The notes: generated by a model not told the origin, from the letters alone. A stretch of 64,000 nucleotides of DNA from Spirulina sp. (GCA_044070495.1 JBIPSI010000028.1:9802-73801), one strand, 5' to 3'; shown: positions 8,878 to 20,211, counted from the first letter of the stretch. Numbers and translations: made by a program.

Positions 8878-11256
8878 ATGACCAACTTCCTCGCTCCCCT
8901 CAACCCCGCCCAACGCCAAGCCGTCGAGCACTTCTGCGGCCCGCTGCTGGTGGTGGCCGGAGCCGGATCGGGCAAAACCCGCGCCCTGACGTACCGTATC
9001 GCCAACCTGGTGCTCACCCACCGCATCGACCCAGAAAGCATCTTGGCCGTTACCTTCACCAACAAAGCCGCCAAGGAAATGAAGGAGCGGATTGAGGTTC
9101 TTTTCGCCGAACAGGATGCCCAGGCCAAACACGGTAAGTCCCTGTCCGCTCTGTCAGACTACGAACAAACCAAACTCAAATCCCAGGTCTACAAAAACAT
9201 CACCAAACACCTGTGGATTGGCACCTTCCATGCCCTATGCGCCCGCATTTTGCGGTTTGATATCGAAAAATATCAGCACCCCGCAGGCTATCGCTGGACA
9301 AAAAGCTTTTCCATTTTTGACGAATCCGACGCCCAAAGCTTAGTCAAAACCATCGTTACCCAAACCCTAAATTTGGACGACAAAAAATTCAACCCGCGCT
9401 CCGTGCGCTTCGCCATCAGCAACGCCAAAAATCAAAAGCTCTCCCCCGATGAATTGGAACAGGAACAACCTAACTATCGCGGACGGGTGATTGCCGATGT
9501 CTATCGCCACTACCAAAAAGCTCTGGCTGAAAATAATGCTCTGGATTTTGATGATCTCATTTTAATGCCCGTTTACCTGTTTCAGCAAAACGAGCAGGTA
9601 CTCGCCTACTGGCACAAACGGTTCCGCCATGTCTTAGTAGACGAATATCAAGACACCAACCGCACCCAGTACGAACTCATTCGTCTTTTAGCCACCAACG
9701 GCGCAGAGATTTCTGATTATAAAAACTGGGATTATCGGTCTGTTTTTGTAGTTGGAGATGCCGATCAATCAATTTATTCCTTTAGAGCGGCTGACTTTAC
9801 TATTCTGATGAATTTTCAGGATGATTTTGGCGATGGTTTGCCCGATGACGATACCCGCACGATGGTCAAGCTAGAGGAAAACTATCGCTCTACCTCTAAT
9901 ATTTTAGAAGTTGCAAACTATCTGATTGAAAATAATACTGAGCGCATTGATAAAGTGCTGCGTCCTACCCGTGGCGAGGGGGAAAGTATTTTTATCTACC
10001 ATGCCGACGATGAAATTGCCGAAGCGAATTTTGTGATTAGCCAAATTCGCCATCTAGAAACCCAGCACCCCGAACTTAACTGGGGTGATTTTGCCATTCT
10101 CTACCGCACCAATGCCCAGTCCCGCGCCTTTGAGGAAATGTTGACCCGCTACGGCATTCCCTACCAAGTGGTGGGCGGAATGCGGTTCTATGATCGCCGC
10201 GAAATTAAGGATGTGTTGGCCTATTTGCGATTGATTGCTAATCCCTCGGATACGGTGAGCCTAAAGCGGGTTATTAACGTCCCAAAACGAGGAGTCGGCA
10301 AAGGCACTTTGGATAAATTAGAACAAGCCGCCCAAACCCTGGGCGTTCCCCTGTGGGAAATTTTGTCTGACGAAACTTCGGTCAAAACCTTGGCCGGACG
10401 CTCGGCTAGGGGGGTATTGGAATTTGCGGCCTTGGTCAAAAACTATCAGGAAGATATTGCCAACCAAAAGGCATCCACCATCATTCAGGGTGTACTCGAT
10501 GATAGCGGATACTTAGCGGCCCTAAAAGCTGAAGGCACCGACGAAGCCGAGGATCGTTTTGGCAACGTGCAGGAACTTTACAATGCCGTGCTGCAATTTG
10601 AAGAAGAAAACGTCGATGATCCGTCCCTAGAAGCTTTCTTAGCCAATGCCTCCTTGGCTTCAGATTTAGACGATACCAAGGACGGCAAAAATGCCGTTTC
10701 ACTGATGACGCTCCATTCTTCTAAGGGTCTAGAGTTTCCAGTCGTCTTCTTAGTGGGACTGGAAGAGGGTCTATTCCCTAACTATCGGTCAATGGAAGAC
10801 CCCGCAGCCCTAGAGGAAGAACGCCGCCTTTGCTACGTGGGCATCACCCGCGCCCAGGAAAGACTATTTATTTCCCACGCCAGGGAACGTCGCCTCTATG
10901 GTCAGCGAGAAATGGCAAGTCCATCGATTTTCCTATCCGAATTACCCGCCGATTTGGTCAGCGGCAACAGTCCCCATCGTCGCCCAGGACAGGCTAAGGC
11001 AGGGCACGCTACGCCGAGGATTAGTACTCCCATGCGTGAGGCCCGCAAACAGCGAGAATCTGCCGCCAAACCGGGCAGTGGTGCCCACGAACGCGACTGG
11101 AACGTGGGCGATGTGGTGGTTCACAAAGCCTACGGGGCAGGGCAAGTTACCCACATTTTTGGAGCGGGCAATAAAATTTGTTTGGCCATTCAATTCCAGG
11201 GTCAAGGGCGCAAGATTATTGACCCTAAACTCTCGCCTTTACAACGGGCGGAGTAG
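8878..11256 (+). CDS. pcrA: ATP-dependent DNA helicase PcrA/UvrD
   Basis: AGAGSGKT, VDEYQDTN, VGDADQSIY, LEENYRS, TLHSSKGLEF, EEERRLCYVGITRA. Confidence 0.95.
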   Translation: MTNFLAPLNPAQRQAVEHFCGPLLVVAGAGSGKTRALTYRIANLVLTHRIDPESILAVTFTNKAAKEMKERIEVLFAEQDAQAKHGKSLSALSDYEQTKLKSQVYKNITKHLWIGTFHALCARILRFDIEKYQHPAGYRWTKSFSIFDESDAQSLVKTIVTQTLNLDDKKFNPRSVRFAISNAKNQKLSPDELEQEQPNYRGRVIADVYRHYQKALAENNALDFDDLILMPVYLFQQNEQVLAYWHKRFRHVLVDEYQDTNRTQYELIRLLATNGAEISDYKNWDYRSVFVVGDADQSIYSFRAADFTILMNFQDDFGDGLPDDDTRTMVKLEENYRSTSNILEVANYLIENNTERIDKVLRPTRGEGESIFIYHADDEIAEANFVISQIRHLETQHPELNWGDFAILYRTNAQSRAFEEMLTRYGIPYQVVGGMRFYDRREIKDVLAYLRLIANPSDTVSLKRVINVPKRGVGKGTLDKLEQAAQTLGVPLWEILSDETSVKTLAGRSARGVLEFAALVKNYQEDIANQKASTIIQGVLDDSGYLAALKAEGTDEAEDRFGNVQELYNAVLQFEEENVDDPSLEAFLANASLASDLDDTKDGKNAVSLMTLHSSKGLEFPVVFLVGLEEGLFPNYRSMEDPAALEEERRLCYVGITRAQERLFISHARERRLYGQREMASPSIFLSELPADLVSGNSPHRRPGQAKAGHATPRISTPMREARKQRESAAKPGSGAHERDWNVGDVVVHKAYGAGQVTHIFGAGNKICLAIQFQGQGRKIIDPKLSPLQRAE

Positions 11257-11274
11257 AATCTATCGAGTCGGGAT

Positions 11275-11341
11275 AAAAACCCGGTTTCTTCTTTGCGGTC
11301 CCAGGGGCGGCTTGTTTTCCAGGCCAGAAACCGGGTTTTCG
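11275..11341. repeat. Inverted pair of AAACCCGGTTTCT / AGAAACCGGGTTT palindromic units
   Basis: Two self-complementary units in inverted orientation after pcrA; related single unit AGAAACCTGGTTTCT at ~26510. Confidence 0.6.
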
Positions 11342-11424
11342 ATTAGGTTATCCCGATGCTCTAGACCGTCGGAGTTTGAGGTTAAGATGGCTAACGTTGC
11401 TCCACCGATGTCCTTTGTGTTGCT

Positions 11425-12936
11425 ATGGGTTTTACCGAGGATTTAGGGCTGCTGCTCCGCGCCCGCTACCCGATTATCTACGTGGCCACCGCCGAAGAGG
11501 AACGGGCCGAAGCGGAAATTACCGCCAGCGCCAAGGCCCAGGGAGATCGGGCGGTATATCTGTGGGACTTTGTAGACGGCTACCAGGGCAACCTCAACGA
11601 TGCGGGCTTTGGGCGGCGTAATCCATTGCAGGCACTAGAACTGGTGGAAAAGCTGCCCGCTGGTGCTCCGGCGGTGTTTATTTTGCGGGATTTTCAGCGC
11701 TTTTTGGATGACATCGCCATTTCCCGCAAGCTGCGAAACCTGGCGCGGTTACTCAAATCTCAGCCCAAAAACATCGTCATTCTGTCGCCCCAGTTGGCCA
11801 TCCCGGAGGAACTGGGGGAGAGTATCACGGTGATTGAGTTCACCCTGCCCTCGGCGGCGGCGATTCGTCAGGAGGTGCAGCAGCTCTTGGGGGACACGGG
11901 CACCAACCTGTCGCCGACCATGCTGGATGAGGTGGTGCGGTCTTGTCAGGGGCTTTCCCTAGAGCGAATTCGGCGGGTATTGGGCCGAGCCATCGCCAGC
12001 CATGGGGCCTTTGACGACCGCGATTTGGATTTGATCCTAGAGGAAAAGCGCCAAACCATTCGCCAAACCCAAATTTTGGACTACTACCCCGCCACCGAGC
12101 AAATTTCCGACATCGGCGGCCTGGATAACCTGAAGGACTGGCTGCTGAAACGGGGAACCGCCTTCTCCGAAAAAGCCCGTCAGTACGGCCTGCCCTACCC
12201 CCGTGGGCTGCTGCTGATCGGCATCCAGGGCACCGGGAAATCCCTCACCGCCAAGGCCATTGCCCACCACTGGCACCTGCCCCTGCTGCGGCTGGATGTG
12301 GGGCGGCTGTTTGGCGGACTCGTCGGCGAATCGGAATCCCGCACTCGGCAGATGATCCAACTGGCCGAAGCCCTGGCCCCCTGTGTGCTGTGGATCGACG
12401 AAATTGACAAAGCCTTTGCCGGGGTAGAAGGCCGCAGCGATGGCGGCACCACCAGCCGGGTGTTTGGTACCTTCATCACCTGGATGGCGGAAAAAAGCTC
12501 CCCGGTGTTTGTGGTGGCCACCGCCAACAACATTCAAGCCCTGCCGCCGGAAATGCTGCGTCGGGGACGGTTCGATGAAATTTTCTTTGTGGGTTTGCCC
12601 AGCCAAAGTGAACGGCAAGCCATCTTTGAAGTCCACCTCGCCCGTCTGCGACCCCACAGTTTGGCGAATTACGACATTCCCCGACTGGCCGAAGAAACCC
12701 CCGATTTTTCTGGGGCCGAAATTGAGCAGATGATCGTGGAAGCGATGCACCTCGGCTTTAGCCAAAACCGCGACTTCACCACCAACGACATCCTCGAAGC
12801 CGCCAGCCAAATTGTGCCCCTGGCCCGCACCGCCCAGGAACAAATCGAAGCCCTACAGGCCTGGGCCAACTCTGGCAAAGCCCGCCTCGCCTCCCGCAGC
12901 GACCTAGGCCAACGACTGAAATCCACCAACAATTAA
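11425..12936 (+). CDS. ycf46: Ycf46-like AAA family ATPase
   Basis: [45 protein letters not shown]. Confidence 0.85.
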   Translation: MGFTEDLGLLLRARYPIIYVATAEEERAEAEITASAKAQGDRAVYLWDFVDGYQGNLNDAGFGRRNPLQALELVEKLPAGAPAVFILRDFQRFLDDIAISRKLRNLARLLKSQPKNIVILSPQLAIPEELGESITVIEFTLPSAAAIRQEVQQLLGDTGTNLSPTMLDEVVRSCQGLSLERIRRVLGRAIASHGAFDDRDLDLILEEKRQTIRQTQILDYYPATEQISDIGGLDNLKDWLLKRGTAFSEKARQYGLPYPRGLLLIGIQGTGKSLTAKAIAHHWHLPLLRLDVGRLFGGLVGESESRTRQMIQLAEALAPCVLWIDEIDKAFAGVEGRSDGGTTSRVFGTFITWMAEKSSPVFVVATANNIQALPPEMLRRGRFDEIFFVGLPSQSERQAIFEVHLARLRPHSLANYDIPRLAEETPDFSGAEIEQMIVEAMHLGFSQNRDFTTNDILEAASQIVPLARTAQEQIEALQAWANSGKARLASRSDLGQRLKSTNN

Positions 12937-12991
12937 TGTCAAATCCTGGTTGATGACCTCCGGTTTAGGGGGACGAGGAGACCTCGCCCCA

Positions 12992-13222
12992 TCAGGGCGC
13001 ACCACCCCGATTGCCTCGGTCGGGTTCTGCTCCCATGGAATAGTGAATGAAAACCCGGCCTGCGTGGAGGGCTTCGCCGCTAGTGCTGTAGATTTCGCCA
13101 TCATTGAGCACCACTAAATCGGGGTTAATCACCCAGCAGCGATACCCCTGCCCCGAATCGTAGGTGATGGCGGCAATCCAGCCAGGAAAGGTTAGGACAT
13201 GGGTGAGCTTACTGGTCGCCAT
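12992..13222 (-). CDS. Small hypothetical protein
   Basis: 76-aa ATG ORF with globular-looking sequence, divergent from recA. Confidence 0.55.
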   Translation of the reverse strand: MATSKLTHVLTFPGWIAAITYDSGQGYRCWVINPDLVVLNDGEIYSTSGEALHAGRVFIHYSMGAEPDRGNRGGAP

Positions 13223-13447
13223 GGGGATTCACCTGCGGTTGGCGGGGGGAGAGGGTAGGATAGGGGAGCCAATCAAGGCCATCGAACAGGTTGGGGTAGA
13301 TTTGGCCCCAGGGATTTTGCCAGCCAGAACAGCGATCTGGGGCGGCAAGCTGGGCAGACTGACCTTAGGGGGCCGAACGATCAACCCTTGTCGGGCTGGG
13401 CCTTCTAGGATCTGGATCTGGCTCAACCTTCTAAATATTTGTAATTT

Positions 13448-13466
13448 GGTTCAAGTGTACTATGAT
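13448..13466 (+). promoter_or_regulatory. Putative cyanobacterial LexA box abutting a -10 element of recA
   Basis: GGTTC-AAG-TGTACT (one mismatch to RGTAC-N3-DGTWCB) overlapping TATGAT at 13461-13466. Confidence 0.55.
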
Positions 13467-13644
13467 AGCATTGTTGGGCGCAATGCCTTCTCGGTTGGCC
13501 CTTGGGCTAGGCCCGATGTTTGGCCCAAAGGTAGAGCTTTTGGCCCAGAGAAATTACACTTCATTGAGTTCATTGGGGTTGGCCTTGTTCCTAGGCTTGA
13601 CCGCAACCCCACCCCCTGCGACCCGTTACCCCCCTTAGGCAGCT

Positions 13645-14718
13645 ATGGCACCTAAAAACAGCGACGTTTCCGAAAAGCAAAAAGCCCTAACCATGGTGCT
13701 CAACCAGATTGAGCGCAACTTTGGCAAAGGGTCTATCATGCGTCTGGGCGAAGCCAGCCGGATGCAGATCGAAACCATCCCCACCGGGGCACTCACCCTG
13801 GATTTGGCCCTGGGGGGTGGCCTGCCCAAGGGGCGAATCATCGAAATCTACGGCCCTGAGAGTTCCGGTAAAACCACCGTCGCCCTCCATGCCCTCGCCG
13901 AGGTTCAGAAATCTGGCGGCGTGGCGGCCTTTGTGGATGCGGAGCACGCCCTGGATCCGGTCTATGCCAAGGCCGTAGGGGTCAATATTGACGAATTACT
14001 GGTTTCCCAGCCGGATACCGGGGAAATGGGCCTGGAAGTGGTCGATCAACTGGTGCGTTCCTCCGCCATTGACGTGGTGGTGGTAGACTCGGTGGCGGCC
14101 CTGGTACCCCGCGCCGAAATTGAAGGGGAAATGGGCGATGCCCACGTTGGCTTGCAGGCCCGCCTGATGAGCCAAGCCCTGCGCAAGATCACCGGCAGCA
14201 TTGGCAAATCCCAATGTACGGTGATTTTTCTGAACCAACTGCGCCAAAAGATCGGCATCTCCTACGGCAACCCCGAAACCACCACCGGGGGCAACGCCCT
14301 CAAGTTCTATGCCTCAGTACGGCTAGATATTCGCCGCATCCAAACCCTGAAAAAGGGCACTGAAGAATACGGGATCCGCGCCAAGGTGAAGGTGGCCAAA
14401 AACAAAGTGGCTCCCCCCTTCCGCATCGCTGAGTTTGACATTCTCTTTGGCCAGGGCATTTCCACCATGGGCTGCCTGGTAGACTTGGCGGAACAAACCG
14501 GGGTGATCACCCGCAAAGGAGCCTGGTACAGCTACGAGGGCGACAACATCGGCCAAGGGCGCGACAACACCGTCACCCGCCTGCTGGAGGACAGCGCCTT
14601 TGCCGCCAAGGTAGAAGCCCAGGTGCGCGAAAAACTCGCCATCAACGGCAACCCCACCGCCATCGAAGAACCCGACGAGGAGACGGAAGACGACCTCCTT
14701 GAAGAAGAGGACGTCTAG
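13645..14718 (+). CDS. recA: Recombinase A
   Basis: [42 protein letters not shown]. Confidence 0.99.
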   Translation: MAPKNSDVSEKQKALTMVLNQIERNFGKGSIMRLGEASRMQIETIPTGALTLDLALGGGLPKGRIIEIYGPESSGKTTVALHALAEVQKSGGVAAFVDAEHALDPVYAKAVGVNIDELLVSQPDTGEMGLEVVDQLVRSSAIDVVVVDSVAALVPRAEIEGEMGDAHVGLQARLMSQALRKITGSIGKSQCTVIFLNQLRQKIGISYGNPETTTGGNALKFYASVRLDIRRIQTLKKGTEEYGIRAKVKVAKNKVAPPFRIAEFDILFGQGISTMGCLVDLAEQTGVITRKGAWYSYEGDNIGQGRDNTVTRLLEDSAFAAKVEAQVREKLAINGNPTAIEEPDEETEDDLLEEEDV

Positions 14719-14816
14719 CATCCAGCCCTGATCCCCAACCCAACCATCCGTAGGGGCGAGGTCTCCTTGCCCTCACCCAGGTATCGTCGTCACCCCCAGC
14801 CCCCCTTCGATGGAGG

Positions 14817-14981
14817 CTACCGCCTATACACAAGGCTCTATTCCGTTGGGTTCCTAGGGTTGATCCCCCCCGGCCCCCCTTAAAAAGGGGAGAACCGGAT
14901 TCAAAGTCCCCCTTGACAAGGGGGATTTAGGGGGATCTCCCAGGCATGACGGCATGAGCAAAAGATATGTATAAGCAGTAG
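14817..14981. mobile_element. 165-bp MITE-like element, diverged copy
   Basis: Imperfect TIRs CTACCGCCTATACACA / TATGTATAAGCAGTAG; same length and core as 21289-21453; no TSD seen. Confidence 0.7.
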
Positions 14982-15063
14982 CCCAGAAAAGAGCGAGGGC
15001 CAGAAGCCTCTGTCAAATTGGGGACGGGTTAGGCTCACCCTAGATGGCTAGCCCAGCGATGAG

Positions 15064-15702
15064 TTACGCTTGCCCAGCCAAGGAGAGGGCGGTGGAGATC
15101 GTCCACCCATCAATCAACAGCAGCAGCAGGGTAAACACCAGCAGAACGCCATACATCCAGGGCTGGGCCAGGGGCTTCACATCCTGGGTGTCGATATTGG
15201 TGTAGCGCTCTACTAAACCGACAAGGCGAGAAAACCCCGCCACCCGCATGGGCAACAGATAGGCTTTTGTGTCGTTTCCTGCGGTATTAGAACCAACGAA
15301 GTAATAGACAATCCCCCCCTGCCCCGTAGATCGCGGTTTGAGCGCCTGGGCCTGATCCCAAGGCAGCCGCCAGCCGCCCCGGAATAGCCAGCGAATCCAG
15401 CCCGGATAGGTGACTTCGATAGCTTGGTCATCCACCACCACCCGCTGCCCCAAGGCACCATACAGCCCCAGCCAGCCTAGACCGATCCCCACCGTTAAAA
15501 TGAGCGGCGACACCGGGGCATCGGTGGCCTGGGCCAAAAAGGGCAATGGCCCCATCAGCGCCAGGTACAACAGCAGCAACGTTAGGCGGATGAAGGGCGC
15601 GATGGGAAAGACTTGGCGGCTTTCTCCAGAGGCTACCTCAGACTGGGCGGAGGGGGATGCGACACCGGTGGAGTCGGTCGGATGGGAGGATCGGAAATCC
15701 AT
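15064..15702 (-). CDS. Hypothetical membrane protein
   Basis: Three hydrophobic segments plus PRSTGQGGIVYYF, LLPMRVAGF. Confidence 0.75.
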   Translation of the reverse strand: MDFRSSHPTDSTGVASPSAQSEVASGESRQVFPIAPFIRLTLLLLYLALMGPLPFLAQATDAPVSPLILTVGIGLGWLGLYGALGQRVVVDDQAIEVTYPGWIRWLFRGGWRLPWDQAQALKPRSTGQGGIVYYFVGSNTAGNDTKAYLLPMRVAGFSRLVGLVERYTNIDTQDVKPLAQPWMYGVLLVFTLLLLLIDGWTISTALSLAGQA

Positions 15703-15731
15703 GGTGGACGTAGGAATGGGGTGGGCTTCCC

Positions 15732-16166
15732 CTAAGGTAAATACTTTTGCACCACCTGCCAACCCGACAACCCCACCCCCGCCAAAGCCAGGGCCAAGCC
15801 GCCGTTCAGCGCTAGGTGAAGTTTTCTAGCCCAAGGCCGATCCACACTAATGCGGCTGGCACTCCAGGCGGAGGCCAACACCAAACCCACCACCAGCAAC
15901 CCCAGGGGCAGGTGCACAGAATGCCCTAGGCGACCATACTCGCCCAGGGTGCCGACAATGCCGATGGACAGCAGCAGTAACACCAGAACCACGAGGGTGA
16001 TGCCCAGGGTGAGGTGGAGAATCCGCAACCAAGCAGGGGGATCTGGCTGACGACGACGATAGGCCCAGTAGCCCCCTGTCGCGGCCAACAGCCCGTAACC
16101 CGTGAGAGTTAGCCCCATGGACCAGGCCGCAATCCGCCATAGCCATAAAAAAGAAGGTAAGTCCAA
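15732..16166 (-). CDS. DUF4079-like membrane protein
   Basis: LPSFLWLWRIAAWSMG..., four TM segments with His residues, VVQKYLP; TTG start. Confidence 0.7.
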   Translation of the reverse strand: MDLPSFLWLWRIAAWSMGLTLTGYGLLAATGGYWAYRRRQPDPPAWLRILHLTLGITLVVLVLLLLSIGIVGTLGEYGRLGHSVHLPLGLLVVGLVLASAWSASRISVDRPWARKLHLALNGGLALALAGVGLSGWQVVQKYLP

Positions 16167-16294
16167 AGTTTGAATCCAAACGCAGGAAGACTTACCTTTT
16201 CAATAGCATGACCTCGACCCTAGGGCGCGATCAATGGCACGGGATGTTACAACGGGATGCGTCCCACCTAGGGCGACGGGAAGGGTGCGTGTCC

Positions 16295-16627
16295 CTAACT
16301 CACCACAACCGCAGGCTGTTCAGCGCTGGACTCGGTGGAAGGATCCGAGATGGCCTCCCCTTCCTCCTCATCCTGATCGATGGCAAGCCGTTCGCAGGGA
16401 ATGGTATCGGACAGAATGGCGCTGGCCATCATGCCTGTGTGAATTTCCAGCATGGCCTTGGGTACCGTTTCAAACATCAACCGTTGGCCTGGAAAGACGA
16501 CCCGTTCAAAATACCAATCGGGGACGTTTGTAATCCGAGCAATCTGAATCTTACTGGTGGCGTTGACATAGCAACAGAGCACCTGCCTGGAGCTATCGGA
16601 GGGGATGGGATCAAGAATTTGTGCCAT
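16295..16627 (-). CDS. DUF1830 domain protein
   Basis: MAQILDP..CCYVNATSKIQIARITN..WYFERVVFPGQRLMFE. Confidence 0.85.
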   Translation of the reverse strand: MAQILDPIPSDSSRQVLCCYVNATSKIQIARITNVPDWYFERVVFPGQRLMFETVPKAMLEIHTGMMASAILSDTIPCERLAIDQDEEEGEAISDPSTESSAEQPAVVVS

Positions 16628-17313
16628 TGATGCTGCGGACATAACTGCATGAATCACTAGGGAGACCCTAACACTTGGCGATCCCCAATGGCTGTAAAGG
16701 CGACTACCAACCCCCGTGAAACTGTAACGAAATGGTACAGAGGGCAAGATTTCTTAGGGAGACTTCATTAATCCCTAGGGGTTTGGCCGCTAAAGTTTAC
16801 CCGCGATAAATACCTGCTTCTATCAATCTTTCAATCTTTTTGGAGACCTATTCTATTGCTCAAATCCAATCCTCAGATCCCAGGATTAGAGATCATTTAG
16901 TTTTCACAGGGGGGCGCACTTTAGCAAAAACCTTAATGCTTTCTTTAGATTTGGGTTACGGGGCACCAGGGTCGAAATCCTACGCAGACGGTGCGCCAGC
17001 CCTAGGCAACCCCTCCCTGGTAGGTTCTCAGAAGGGCGGCCTAGACCATGTCCCTGGGCCAGATTGGCCCAAGATCGTGGATGAATGGTCAGGGATGAAT
17101 GATCAGGGATAGATGGCCAATGATCTACCAGCAAGCCATTGATGGATCTATTGATCCCGGTCTATTGCGATGGGGTTAGAAGCGAATCCCCTAGGGCCAC
17201 CGCTGCCGGGGGACAATGTTATTGTAAAGATAGGTGAACCGTTCTCAGGGTTAGCGTTCCCCGGTCAGGGGGTTGTTCTACCCAGATCACCTTGCCCGTC
17301 TCTCCGCGTGCGA

Positions 17314-18912
17314 ATGATGACCCCTCAATCCGCCGATCTGCCCCGTGTGCTCTACGTTCGGTTGCCCTGCAACCCGATTTTTCCCATCGGGGTGGTGTAC
17401 CTGGCCGATCATCTTCACAAGCTGTTCCCCCATGTAGAGCAGCGTATTTTTGACTTGGGAGCCGTGCCTCCGCTGGACTACGGTGCCGCCCTAGATCGCT
17501 GTATCGACGAATTTCGGCCCACGCTGCTGGTCTTCTCCTGGCGAGACATCCAAATTTTTGCGCCCGTGGGTGGACGGGGCGGCAACCCGCTGCAAAACGC
17601 CTTTGAATTCTTCTACGCCCGCAATCCCTTCCTCAAACTGCGGGGGGCGATGGGTGGTCTGCGGATGGCGACCACCTACCTAGCGGAACTGTGGCGCAAT
17701 CAGGGTCTGATTAAACGCGGTCTGAAACGGGCCAAGCGCCATCGCGATCAGGTGACCGTGGTCGTGGGCGGCGGGGCCGTCAGTGTGTTCTACGAACAAC
17801 TCAATCAGCGTCTGCCCAAGGGCACCATTATTTCCGTAGGCGAAGGGGAAACCCTGCTAGAGCGGCTGCTGCGGGGGCAAGATTTTTCAGACCAGCGCTG
17901 CTACATTGCCGGGGAAACCACCCCTCGCCAGCGACTGATCCACGAAGAACCCGACCCCATCGAAAAAACCGCCTGTAACTACGGCTATATCGAGCAAATT
18001 TGGCCGGAATTTGATTATTATCTGCAAGATCAAGACTTTTACATTGGCGTACAAACCAAGCGTGGCTGTCCCCACAATTGCTGCTACTGTGTCTACACCG
18101 TGGTCGAAGGCAAGCAGGTTCGCATCAATCCCGCCGATGAAGTGGTGGCGGAAATGCGCCAGCTTTACGATCGGGGGGTGCGCAACTTCTGGTTCACCGA
18201 TGCCCAGTTCATCCCGGCTCGCCGCTTTATGCAGGATGCCGAGGAACTGCTGCAAAAAATCCTCGATGCGGGCATGGAGGACATCCACTGGGCCGCCTAC
18301 ATCCGGGCCGACAACATCACGCCCAAGCTGGCCGACCTGATGGTGGCCACGGGCATGAACTACTTTGAAATCGGCATCACCAGCGGTTCCCAAGAACTGG
18401 TTCGCAAAATGCGGATGGGCTACAACCTGCGGACGGTACTGCAAAACTGCAAAGACCTGAAGGCCGCTGGGTTCAACGACCTGGTGTCCGTCAACTATTC
18501 CTTTAATGTGATTGACGAACGTCCCGAAACCATCCGCCAAACCCTGGCCTACCACCGCGCCCTAGAGGAAGTCTTTGGCCGCGACAAGGTGGAACCCGCC
18601 ATCTTCTTCATCGGCCTGCAACCCCACACCCACCTAGAGGAATACGCCTTCGAGAAGGACATCCTCAAGCGCGACTACAACCCCCTGGATATTCACCTGC
18701 CCTGGGTATCTAAGAAATTGCTGTGGAACCCCGAACCCCTAGGTTCCTTCTTTGGGGAAATTTGCCTAGAGGCTTGGCAGCGCAACCCCGACGACTTTGG
18801 CCGCGAGGTGATGGACATCCTAGAAGAGCGCCTAGGCCGCGCCCCCCTAGAGGAAGCCCTCAGCGCCCCGATCCCCGAAGAAAAGCGATCCCTGGCCTCC
18901 CTGTCAGCCTAG
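17314..18912 (+). CDS. B12-binding radical SAM protein (PSII high-light acclimation type, Slr0320-like)
   Basis: KRGCPHNCCYC cluster motif; LYVRLPCNPIFPIGVVYLAD N-terminus. Confidence 0.85.
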   Translation: MMTPQSADLPRVLYVRLPCNPIFPIGVVYLADHLHKLFPHVEQRIFDLGAVPPLDYGAALDRCIDEFRPTLLVFSWRDIQIFAPVGGRGGNPLQNAFEFFYARNPFLKLRGAMGGLRMATTYLAELWRNQGLIKRGLKRAKRHRDQVTVVVGGGAVSVFYEQLNQRLPKGTIISVGEGETLLERLLRGQDFSDQRCYIAGETTPRQRLIHEEPDPIEKTACNYGYIEQIWPEFDYYLQDQDFYIGVQTKRGCPHNCCYCVYTVVEGKQVRINPADEVVAEMRQLYDRGVRNFWFTDAQFIPARRFMQDAEELLQKILDAGMEDIHWAAYIRADNITPKLADLMVATGMNYFEIGITSGSQELVRKMRMGYNLRTVLQNCKDLKAAGFNDLVSVNYSFNVIDERPETIRQTLAYHRALEEVFGRDKVEPAIFFIGLQPHTHLEEYAFEKDILKRDYNPLDIHLPWVSKKLLWNPEPLGSFFGEICLEAWQRNPDDFGREVMDILEERLGRAPLEEALSAPIPEEKRSLASLSA

Positions 18913-19032
18913 GGGTTGGGATAGATGAAGCGGATTGATTGACAAAACTTGCCAGAATTCAAATCGGTCAAAGGGTCAGGAGACCTGACCCCTACAATGT
19001 CCTGGATCCTGGGGTTTACTGACCCCTAAGAT

Positions 19033-20181
19033 TTACAGGGGCGCTTTGGCTTCGTCGCAGGTGCCCCCCAAGGCGTTGACGATGGTGCAAGTGTTGACCA
19101 CAAGCATCGCCTGGGTGTTGGGGGCAACACTGTCCGGCCCCCCTGGGCCTTCGACCATGAGGGGTTGCTCGGCTACGGCTACACCGGCATTGTTAGCCAC
19201 GGTCTGGATGAGGGCCGGATTGGTGGTGGATTCGGCAAAAATGGCGGGCACGGTGGCCGTTTTGATCTGATCCACCAGGGCTGTCAACGCCCTGGGTGAG
19301 GGTTGGGCCTCGGTGCTTAGGCCGCTGAGTGCGCCTTTGATTTCAAAGCCATAGGCCTCGGCAAAATAGCGAAAGGCATCGTGGGTGGTCACCAAACGCC
19401 GATTGGGCTGTGGTACCGTGCTGACCTGGTCTTGAATCCACTGATCGAGGGTGGTGAACTGGGTGGTGAGTTGTTCAGCCTGGGCTTGGTATTGGCTGGC
19501 TAGATCAGGGTTCACCTCGGACAACGCCGTGGCAATGACCTCAACCATGGCCGCACTGTGGCGAGCATTGTGCCAAACATGCGGATCGGGTACGAGACTT
19601 GCCGCCTCGCCCTGGGCCGAGTCGCCGGAGGTCTCTTCGTGGTTGTGGTCGTGGTTGCGGTCGTGGCTGTGGTCGTGGCTGTGGTCGTGGCTGTGGCTGC
19701 CTTGATCGGCCTCACCGTGGCCATGGTCATCGCCATGATCGTGGTCGTCGCTGTGACCGTCGCCATGGTCGTGATCGTGGTCGTGCCCTTGCCCCATCAG
19801 GGGATTCGGCACCGCCATCTCTAGAACCGCAACCTTGGGGGCTGGATTTGGACTGGCCGTCACGATGCTGAGCACCGAGGGGGCAAAGTTGTAGCCGTCA
19901 TAGATCACAAGATCCGCCCCATCCACCATCTGCCGATCCGAGGGGCGGGCCTGGAAGGTGTGGGGATCTTGCCCCGGTGCCATCAGACAGGCTAGGTCGA
20001 TGCTATCTGCGGCAATCTGCTGCGCTAGGTCGCAGATCACGCTGCTGGTAGCCACTACTTGGGGCCGTAGAGCCGGATCCGCCGTTGCCCCGGCGTCGGT
20101 TGTTTCACGACTGGCGCACCCCCCCAGAGCCACTGCCGCCATGGCCAACCCTAGGCTGGCTACATTGTATGGTTTAGCCAT
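19033..20181 (-). CDS. znuA: Zn/Mn ABC transporter substrate-binding lipoprotein with His-rich loop
   Basis: Lipobox LGGC, GQDPHTF, DPHVW, LVTTHDAFRYF; long DH-rich loop; Zur box upstream. Confidence 0.85.
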   Translation of the reverse strand: MAKPYNVASLGLAMAAVALGGCASRETTDAGATADPALRPQVVATSSVICDLAQQIAADSIDLACLMAPGQDPHTFQARPSDRQMVDGADLVIYDGYNFAPSVLSIVTASPNPAPKVAVLEMAVPNPLMGQGHDHDHDHGDGHSDDHDHGDDHGHGEADQGSHSHDHSHDHSHDRNHDHNHEETSGDSAQGEAASLVPDPHVWHNARHSAAMVEVIATALSEVNPDLASQYQAQAEQLTTQFTTLDQWIQDQVSTVPQPNRRLVTTHDAFRYFAEAYGFEIKGALSGLSTEAQPSPRALTALVDQIKTATVPAIFAESTTNPALIQTVANNAGVAVAEQPLMVEGPGGPDSVAPNTQAMLVVNTCTIVNALGGTCDEAKAPL

Positions 20182-20192
20182 TATTTTCAGTG

Positions 20193-20211
20193 AATGATAA
20201 TCGTTATCATT
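20193..20211. promoter_or_regulatory. Zur box
   Basis: AATGATAATCGTTATCATT, near-perfect match to TGATAATNATTATCA, immediately upstream of znuA. Confidence 0.85.
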
